From: a virus
Lineage: Duplodnaviria > Caudoviricetes
DNA length: 64,000 nucleotides
Strand: one strand, 5' to 3'
Virus record (IMG/VR): IMGVR_UViG_3300038679_000357
Span: 128,001-192,000 of that record
Below, piece by piece: positions 56,800-64,000 of the stretch. Made by a program: the position numbers and the translations under genes. A model generated the notes under the pieces. The model was not told the DNA's origin and ran no database searches. It saw only the letters and a list, made by a program, of their open reading frames with translations. The stretch's first letter is position 1. Each line of letters begins with the position of its first letter.

Positions 56800-59700
56800 T
56801 TTTCCCCTCTTTAGGTCCAATCATCTTTTTGATCATTCTTGTGACTTCCATGGATTCGCTCGTTTTTCCTGCTTTAGCCAGAGTAATAGAAACACCAGCC
56901 ATTCTCAATAACGCTTCCTTCATTATACTACGAACTCTTCCAGACCCGCCGAAGATATTAAATATATCCTCTTCATCTTCATCCGTTACACTAGTAGACG
57001 TCTCAGGAGGCTGTTGAGCTGTCTGTTGCGTTGCTGGCGAAACAGTTGACTGAAGAGGGATTTGCTCAACTGCCTGTTCGTCATCTTCGTATGCGTTATC
57101 ATACTCATCATCAGCAAAAAATGACTGAGGTTGAGATTCATCATCAATCTGAGTGACAACTTCTTCTCCTGTCTCTGAAACAGGAACATCGACTGTTTGA
57201 ACTTGGTCTTCCACAGAAGATTGATCTTGCCCATCCACCACAGAAGGTTGATCTTCTGTGGAAGGTTGAATTTCTACAGAAGATTGATCTTGCCCCTCCG
57301 ACATTGCTGGTATTTGTTCTTCCGCTGATTCATCCCCACTACGAGGCTCAACAGATCCAATCTCGCCATCCAAGCTTTCATTGAATGACATTCCATCTCC
57401 AACTCTATTAACAACGTCATTTTTGCCACCAGCACCTGGAATGACGCTACTTACCTCACTAGCATTGGTATTCAACGCTGTAGAAGCAACTTCATCAATA
57501 ATATTATTAATCAACCCTCTTTTCATGTCGCTGAAAATCAATCTTATTGCATCTCTTTCCGCCGACTCTTTGCAAAGTACGATTTTTGAAGTGATAGGGT
57601 AATATTCAGGATTTTCCAGTGCAGACGACATACCAGATGTCTTGAGATTACTGTAATCAGTCTCAAGACCAGTACCGATCATTAAAAACGAAATCAACGA
57701 CTCGTCACCACGACTTGGGCTAGAAAGATTAAGAGAAAGGAAATCAACAATAGGAACATGTCGTACTTCCATCTCCCCGCTCACCTCTCTTTCCACTGTA
57801 TATGTTGGTTGCTCATTCCTCCACCAAAAACCTTTTCTACTAACGACTAACGGCAATATATTATATAATATGCCTCTTGCGTCATCGATATCGCTTAACG
57901 AACGATACTGTTGGTTGACATACGAATCATTGGACGCTTCCTGAGCCCAAATGCCTCTAGTGCCACGAGACTGTAGAGACTCATTGTTGGCAAAAGAAAA
58001 ACTAACGTCACCGTCATTAGAATAACGCGCCTTTATTGGGCTTTCTCCATAAAAGCCACATGCAATAAACTTCAAAAACTCACCGTATGTAGATTCGCCA
58101 GTTATTGCCGTATCTATAATTGGCTCAAATTCAGACTCTTCATCCTTTCCTATAGAATTTTTTTGATCATTATTTATGCGATCAGGAGTTTTTCCAGAAC
58201 CTACCGACGGATCGTAATCAGGAAGAGAAAACGATGATTTTGCTACTGAAAAAGCTTGATTAACTAACTTGTTGTAATTTTTAATAGACAACGATATGTC
58301 GCCAATTCTAACTGGATAATAGACAACAGGAGTTCTTCCGCCAAGACGTCTTTCAAAATAAACGCCTGGAATAATATCTGAACCATCTTTTATTGATTTG
58401 AGCTTATCGATAGAAAATGATTTTTTTGTCTTTTTCCCACCAATAACAATTGCATCGTTCGGCAACTCAGTAATACCGCCAGTTGCCGGTGGAAAATATC
58501 CTTTTTTAACGAACAATTCACCCCCAACAACCCCATTCAAAAGCAATTCAGTTACATTAAGCCCCTCGTAATCCCCACCAATTTTTTCTTTTTCTTTTTC
58601 ACGAGTAGCAATTGCTCTAACTACAGTGCTGGAGTGAGCATCTACAAGGTGTCCACTCAGTGAGCTTGAACTTATTAGATTGTCGTCATCCGCCGTAGAC
58701 ATAAATGTAGCGCACGCTGGGTTATCTATCCTGTTTACTTTGTTTCTTCTATCGCTATATTCAGGCGAATTAAGACAATAATCAGCTATAGCCTCAAGAT
58801 CATCTATATCGATAGTATATTCAGTCTTCTTATTTTTCTCACAATGTAGTCTCAATGAATCGATTGCCGACATTGCTCCACTTGCCTGACCGCCATTTTG
58901 ATCCGAGTCTTCATGGAATACTTCTTTGCTTCCCTTGATGATATCAAGCAACAACCCACGATACACATGCGGTGAAGTAGTTTTAAGTTTCCATTCTTCC
59001 CCCATGGTATAGCGAAGGGCGAGCAATGCTCCTTTTTTAGTAAAGACAACATTTGGAGATATGGCGTCATTGCTAATAGACGGAATTATATTTGACAACA
59101 TTGAATTAGATTGCCAAAAAATACTATTGGCAGATTCATCTTGACAATATTTTTTCTTAAACTCGTCGATGGAAATGAATGAATATTCACTCCCGTCATA
59201 ATCCTCACTCAATTTATTGGCAATGTCTTCTCTGTTATTTTTACGACTAGAACTTATGACGTCTCTTACCGTCGATATCTTTGGCTTCAAAACCAGATTA
59301 GAAATCAACGAATTATCGATCGGGTCTTTTCCCGGAAGAGATAAGCGACCAAAATACCAAGAGCCAAGAGTTTCTAAAAATCTACGTACCTGTTTGCCGC
59401 TCTTCGCCTTTAAGAACTTCGTGCCTTCACGAGAATATGCCGCTGGTATTGCTTCATACAAACAACGAGAATAAATATGTTTTTGTATGCGAAATTGTTT
59501 TATGAATTCGTCGAATTGTTCTTTTGGACGAGCGTTTAAACCATCTGTAACGTTCGATTGATTGTCTGGATCAAGTAAATTTTTAGATGAAAGATAAGCC
59601 AGCATGTCTTTTTCAAGCTTACTTACCTCTTCTTCTATATTATTAACATTTGAAGAAACCATTCTTTTAGCCATTATCGACACATCAGATGGTGTCACTG

Positions 59701-61111
59701 ACATTTTACTTAATTCAGTAAAATTTTTATCAGACATATATGGTCCAAGGAATAATGCCCTAAGACCATATTCCGTCCTGCTGAACTCAAGAAACAAATC
59801 AATTGGGACGTCTCTTATCTCACTTGCAAGACCGCCGTTGGCTCTAATCTTTTTCTTTCTATACGTTTCCTTCTCTTTCATAGACTTTTGCAGTAGCCAT
59901 ACCATTCCGCGCTCAGTCTGACTCATTGACACAATACTAGCGTACTTACCCATTGTATCATTGCCAGAATGCCCCATAGCCACAACAGCACTTTTTGCAT
60001 TCTCTATATGGTCAATGGAAGTAACAGCCGCACAAAGAATCATGACGTCACTATATCGATCAGATGAAGTAACAAGACTTTCAACTGAATCAGCAGATAA
60101 GTTCATATTTCTATTACGATAAAAACGATTCGCAAAACTATAGAAAACTTTTCGCATCAATATTCCGTCTTTGGTCAACCCAACGCCACCCCTTGGATTA
60201 TTTAATGTAGCGCTTTGCTCAATGGTTGACACATCATATGTAACTGGATTTCTATCACTAACAGAAATACCAGAAAGCTTATCTCTATATTTCTTTACGA
60301 TTGAAATAAGCCTTCCAATAAGTAGATCATTCTCAATCCTGCTTACATCTTCGTCGCTATTGTTAGGTGGATTGGCACCTCTACGAGCCTGCGAAGCCAC
60401 GTCAGATATTAGGTCTTCTAAAACAATTTTTTCTGGGTTGTCAATGATCAATATCGTTTTCACCGCAGACAGCAGCATGTTCTTTCTTATCCCAACAGCC
60501 AACTTGTGAGCAATATTTAATTTTTCCTGATCATCAATTGCTCTCCTCCTACCATTAACTTCAACCCCCCATACGGAATCACCAATTTCATCTATAAGAT
60601 CTTTCCCAATCAGCTCTTCTATTTTACTAACGTGAACAGCAAGACTGGCTTTAGAAGTTTTCTTTTTCCCCATGGCTGTCTTGATTGTAGATAAAGAGGA
60701 AGCTTCCTTAGTGTTATCTTCAGCCTCTCTTTCAGTCCTCCACTTCTCTTCCCTTTCTGAAACATTTTTCAAGTCAGTCATCGTATAATGAGGTAGTGAT
60801 TTTGGACGCGGAACGCCCCAGGTCTCATTCGCATAAGCAAACGCATCAGTAATACTGTCGAACTTCTTTCCGCCCGCTGGCCAACTGTCAGGAAGTTTTC
60901 TTACTCCGGCAAACCACTTTTTTTCATGCTTTTTCACACCAGACGGACTAATTACAACATTCCACTCATCACTCCCGCCAATTTCCTTTCCCTCAAACCT
61001 ATAATACGACTTAGGTCCAATAATGTCATTATACATGTCTTTAAGGAACTGAGTTTTATCTGTATACGACTCATTCCATGAAATTTTTTTGTCGTCTTTC
61101 AATTTTCTCAT
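56780..61111 (-). CDS. Unknown large head-region protein (1443 aa) with an acidic C-terminal linker
   Basis: Long ORF between portal and protease, ATGA-type overlap with the portal; no catalytic motif recognised. Confidence 0.7.
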   Translation of the reverse strand: MRKLKDDKKISWNESYTDKTQFLKDMYNDIIGPKSYYRFEGKEIGGSDEWNVVISPSGVKKHEKKWFAGVRKLPDSWPAGGKKFDSITDAFAYANETWGVPRPKSLPHYTMTDLKNVSEREEKWRTEREAEDNTKEASSLSTIKTAMGKKKTSKASLAVHVSKIEELIGKDLIDEIGDSVWGVEVNGRRRAIDDQEKLNIAHKLAVGIRKNMLLSAVKTILIIDNPEKIVLEDLISDVASQARRGANPPNNSDEDVSRIENDLLIGRLISIVKKYRDKLSGISVSDRNPVTYDVSTIEQSATLNNPRGGVGLTKDGILMRKVFYSFANRFYRNRNMNLSADSVESLVTSSDRYSDVMILCAAVTSIDHIENAKSAVVAMGHSGNDTMGKYASIVSMSQTERGMVWLLQKSMKEKETYRKKKIRANGGLASEIRDVPIDLFLEFSRTEYGLRALFLGPYMSDKNFTELSKMSVTPSDVSIMAKRMVSSNVNNIEEEVSKLEKDMLAYLSSKNLLDPDNQSNVTDGLNARPKEQFDEFIKQFRIQKHIYSRCLYEAIPAAYSREGTKFLKAKSGKQVRRFLETLGSWYFGRLSLPGKDPIDNSLISNLVLKPKISTVRDVISSSRKNNREDIANKLSEDYDGSEYSFISIDEFKKKYCQDESANSIFWQSNSMLSNIIPSISNDAISPNVVFTKKGALLALRYTMGEEWKLKTTSPHVYRGLLLDIIKGSKEVFHEDSDQNGGQASGAMSAIDSLRLHCEKNKKTEYTIDIDDLEAIADYCLNSPEYSDRRNKVNRIDNPACATFMSTADDDNLISSSSLSGHLVDAHSSTVVRAIATREKEKEKIGGDYEGLNVTELLLNGVVGGELFVKKGYFPPATGGITELPNDAIVIGGKKTKKSFSIDKLKSIKDGSDIIPGVYFERRLGGRTPVVYYPVRIGDISLSIKNYNKLVNQAFSVAKSSFSLPDYDPSVGSGKTPDRINNDQKNSIGKDEESEFEPIIDTAITGESTYGEFLKFIACGFYGESPIKARYSNDGDVSFSFANNESLQSRGTRGIWAQEASNDSYVNQQYRSLSDIDDARGILYNILPLVVSRKGFWWRNEQPTYTVEREVSGEMEVRHVPIVDFLSLNLSSPSRGDESLISFLMIGTGLETDYSNLKTSGMSSALENPEYYPITSKIVLCKESAERDAIRLIFSDMKRGLINNIIDEVASTALNTNASEVSSVIPGAGGKNDVVNRVGDGMSFNESLDGEIGSVEPRSGDESAEEQIPAMSEGQDQSSVEIQPSTEDQPSVVDGQDQSSVEDQVQTVDVPVSETGEEVVTQIDDESQPQSFFADDEYDNAYEDDEQAVEQIPLQSTVSPATQQTAQQPPETSTSVTDEDEEDIFNIFGGSGRVRSIMKEALLRMAGVSITLAKAGKTSESMEVTRMIKKMIGPKEGKNDQQIS

Positions 61112-63465
61112 TTTTTATCTCCCTGACTACGTACAGCATCGCCATGCAGACTCTTGATAAGCTCTCTCTTTCTAACAATTTCCTTCTCAATCCTGTCAAT
61201 AACTGCTCCAATATTATCTTTTATTTCGTCGTCTTTGAATCGAACAACAGTCCAACCGGCATTTCTCAATAGAGAATCTCGTTTATGGTCTCTAGCTACT
61301 TGTTCTGGAGCATTATGAAATGTTCCGCCATCAGCCTCTATATCAAGCTTTATCTGCGGAAACGCAATATCCATCAAATATGGTCTAGGTCCAAGCTTAA
61401 CTTCGTACCCACATACCCACTTGTATGGGATGCGACCAACCCTAGACCTTTCAACAAGTCCTTTCTCAAGATCTATCTCTATGCTTGTCTTCCAGATACG
61501 ACCTTTTTCATCTCGCTTAAATCCATCGCCACCATTAGATTTTTCAGAAGAACTATGTCCACCGCCTGGTTGCTGTTGAACTCTTGTATGATCAACTTTT
61601 TTGCGACTTTTTTCTTTCATGACTTTACCGCCGTAATCGGCGATATTGACTGAATTTTTTGACGTAGATGCAGCTACCGGCGGGGCTCCGCCAGGAGGCG
61701 GGGCTCCACCCATTTCTCCACCCGGAGGAGCACCACCCGGCGCACCGCCACCTCCAAGATCAGGAGGCAACCCTCCACCAAGGTCAAGTCCGCCTCCGCC
61801 GCCACCTCCACCAAGAGCCCCCTCAAGCCCGCCTCCGCCACCTGCTCCGCCTTCTCCTCCTTGAGGAGCGTCAGAAAGAGATTCGATTCTTTCATAGCGT
61901 ATTTGTTCCGCTTCGATATCGGGATCAATTTGATATTCTTCAAGAAGACGACGCCTTGAAATAACTCCCTTATCGTACAGCGACATAAGATTTTGACGCT
62001 CTTGGTTTACGTCACGTAAATTAAGTGCGTTCCACCGTATTTTTGGAACGATATAAACTTTTTCTCCCCATTCATTCTCTTTGACAAAGCCATTCATCTT
62101 GGCGATAGGTCCAAAAATCTTACTCTCAGCCCATCTTGATAGTTCATTGCGCCATTCATCGAGACGCTTAATCATTACTTCCGCTCCGATAGCTGCGGAC
62201 GAATAAACCGGACCCTCTGCATTCAAAAGCGCTTTGTTTATCCCAAGACCATCAAGTATTTCCTGGTTAATAAACTCCCACTCTGTACTCAACTGCAATA
62301 TCTGTCCATTAGCTCCAACCCACGACATATCAAAAGCGTGATGTGTTACAATTACTAAATTAGGATCATTTGCTGTAGCTTGCAACTGAGCCTGTACATT
62401 AGAAATATCCATTGGCGACGCTGGACGCTCTTCCGTACCAACTTTGACAACTTTAATTGGAATGATCATTCGTTCCGCAACAATCCACTGAGCGGTCATC
62501 AATTTTGTCTTATACGCCAAGATCGGGAATAAACGACGGATCATAGAGATCCCAAAACGTCGGTATCCACTTTCACCATATTTCAAATGACTGATGCAAA
62601 AATTATCAAGTGGAATTGGTCTTCCCTCCATAACCATTTTGGCTATGTTTGCGGCAAGCTTTCCACTTCCATTACCCTTCACCATCTGTTTTAATTCATC
62701 ATCTGGTATCATGCAAATGGAATTTTCTGGGGACAACGGATTAGTGAACACCTCAATGAAATCTGGATTTAAGACAACAAGTCTCTTAAACGTACCGCCT
62801 TCATGGTCGCAAACCTGACCATTATATAATCCAGTTCCATTGCATTGATCGCAATCCACCTCAAGAAACGGGAAACAATCACCAAGTAAATGAACCTCAT
62901 GATTAATGATTCTAAACCACTTCATGAGATCAATTTTCTCACAGAACTTTTCAAAATATTGCTTCACATACCGATCTTCACACTCAATTTCAAAGCCAGA
63001 AGAAATCGGAAATCTGGAGTAAAAATCTATTGCAGCAGCAACTCGCGGTTCATTTTCATAGAAAAAGCGGCTCCACTGATATATTTCACGACGCTTACTT
63101 GGAATCTGCCAATTAATTGGGGTGTATACTGGAGAGAAAAAGTTCGGTTGTCCGAACGAGATATTCAAGTTTCCACCAGCCTGACGAGTATGTCCTTGAA
63201 ACGCTCCGTTCGCCGAAACAGACCCAACATAATTTTGATACACTTCTTCATTTCCGACTAAGGGCTTCAATGACATAGCAGCATTTTTTGCAACTTGCGG
63301 AACGTCAGACAATGGAATTCCGCGCCTCGCGGCGCGGAAATGACTTTCAAGAGATGTGGTTATAAGTGGAACGCTTTCATTGCTGATCATTTTCAGTCCC
63401 TTTTGATCGTAAATGTTAATCGCAGAGTCCGCATTCCGCCCCGAAGCCAGCAAGTTCTTTTTCAT
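61108..63465 (-). CDS. Portal protein with Gly/Pro linker and C-terminal DUF559/Vsr-like endonuclease domain
   Basis: Portal pattern (FYENEPRVAAAIDFYSRFP...LLGDCF...VLNPDFIEV...ILDGLGINKALL...IKRLDEWRNELSRWAESKIFGPI). C-terminal YLMDIAFPQIKLDIEADGGTFH...RDHKRDSLLRNAGWTVVRF. Confidence 0.85.
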   Translation of the reverse strand: MKKNLLASGRNADSAINIYDQKGLKMISNESVPLITTSLESHFRAARRGIPLSDVPQVAKNAAMSLKPLVGNEEVYQNYVGSVSANGAFQGHTRQAGGNLNISFGQPNFFSPVYTPINWQIPSKRREIYQWSRFFYENEPRVAAAIDFYSRFPISSGFEIECEDRYVKQYFEKFCEKIDLMKWFRIINHEVHLLGDCFPFLEVDCDQCNGTGLYNGQVCDHEGGTFKRLVVLNPDFIEVFTNPLSPENSICMIPDDELKQMVKGNGSGKLAANIAKMVMEGRPIPLDNFCISHLKYGESGYRRFGISMIRRLFPILAYKTKLMTAQWIVAERMIIPIKVVKVGTEERPASPMDISNVQAQLQATANDPNLVIVTHHAFDMSWVGANGQILQLSTEWEFINQEILDGLGINKALLNAEGPVYSSAAIGAEVMIKRLDEWRNELSRWAESKIFGPIAKMNGFVKENEWGEKVYIVPKIRWNALNLRDVNQERQNLMSLYDKGVISRRRLLEEYQIDPDIEAEQIRYERIESLSDAPQGGEGGAGGGGGLEGALGGGGGGGGLDLGGGLPPDLGGGGAPGGAPPGGEMGGAPPPGGAPPVAASTSKNSVNIADYGGKVMKEKSRKKVDHTRVQQQPGGGHSSSEKSNGGDGFKRDEKGRIWKTSIEIDLEKGLVERSRVGRIPYKWVCGYEVKLGPRPYLMDIAFPQIKLDIEADGGTFHNAPEQVARDHKRDSLLRNAGWTVVRFKDDEIKDNIGAVIDRIEKEIVRKRELIKSLHGDAVRSQGDKK

Positions 63466-64000
63466 TCATTTCTTCACCATCCTTCGGGGATGGCTTTCCG
63501 GTCTTGCACTTACTACACTCATTTTCCGGCTCACTTTCCTTAACGAGTTGATTTCCATCATCAACAACAAGTCCAGGAATGTCAACCGATGCATAGATAG
63601 AAGTCAAATCAGGATTTTTTACAGCGATCTCTTCGAGCATGACAATATCCTCGACCGATACACCAGTCGCCAGAGAGATGGAGGCAGTTTTTCTTGGTGA
63701 AAGAGTGTTACCAGCCATAACTACTGGAGAAACCATACAGAACGCCTTTCCAATAGCTTGTTCTTTAGTTGCCTCAGACTTAAAGTCTGTTGTACTTCCT
63801 GGATTGCGCTCCTCTTCCAAGCGACGCTCTGTAGAAAACTCTTCTGGACGAGGGAGAGAAGTTCTCATTTTTTCATCTCGACGCATCGGGTGTCCACCGT
63901 CATTGCTTTCCGTGTCGAGCTTTCTTTCTTCTCCAAGTTTGGCATTTCCATACCACTCCATGCGCTCATCAACAGAAACCTCAACGTCTTCATCCTTAAC
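63416..64000 (-). CDS. 3' part of a head-region protein (start outside the window)
   Basis: The frame stays open to position 64000 (VKDEDVEVSVDER-MEWYG...); contains RKTAS. Confidence 0.6.
   Translation of the reverse strand, partial: VKDEDVEVSVDERMEWYGNAKLGEERKLDTESNDGGHPMRRDEKMRTSLPRPEEFSTERRLEEERNPGSTTDFKSEATKEQAIGKAFCMVSPVVMAGNTLSPRKTASISLATGVSVEDIVMLEEIAVKNPDLTSIYASVDIPGLVVDDGNQLVKESEPENECSKCKTGKPSPKDGEEMNEKELAGFGAECGLCD

Noticed and set aside
63931-63961. MEWYGNAK as another N-terminal targeting motif
   Set aside because: The frame is open upstream to the window edge, so this Met is probably internal.
1-64000. Stop-codon reassignment, tRNA genes, CRISPR arrays, integrase or DGR
   Set aside because: Code 11 yields dense, full-length ORFs using TAA, TAG and TGA stops. 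No cloverleaf, spaced direct repeats, recombinase or reverse transcriptase was seen.

Overview
This window is a contiguous slice of the virion morphogenesis module of a very large tailed dsDNA bacteriophage (Caudoviricetes, probably jumbo-sized). Almost every gene is on the minus strand, and standard code 11 gives long, tightly packed ORFs. In transcription order (right to left) it holds: a partial head gene, a portal fused to a DUF559/Vsr-like nuclease domain, a 1443-aa unknown protein, a 1.6-kaa prohead protease/scaffold, a 1959-aa protein with a central AAA+ ATPase, a capsid decoration protein and the HK97-like major capsid protein. Next come two GT4 glycosyltransferases, a neck protein, a LAGLIDADG-methyltransferase fusion, a block of probable internal head proteins (ADP-ribosyltransferase-like, ParB-like), an MreB/MamK-like actin homologue, neck/tail-completion proteins and three more glycosyltransferases. 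The tail part comprises the tail tube, a moron-like membrane gene, tail assembly chaperones with a -1 frameshift, the tape measure, and large tail-tip proteins; the last of these (3..3755) runs off the window and is missing from the ORF track. No tail sheath, terminase, tRNA or CRISPR array was recognised. The most interesting signals are a candidate five-glycosyltransferase virion glycosylation system, a recurring [KR]-[TS]-A-[SQN] or W-x-x-[KR]-Y-[AS]-Q motif suggesting protease-processed, capsid-targeted cargo, and the giant AAA+, actin, portal-nuclease and homing endonuclease-methyltransferase proteins. All assignments come from motif reading by eye; no database searches were run.
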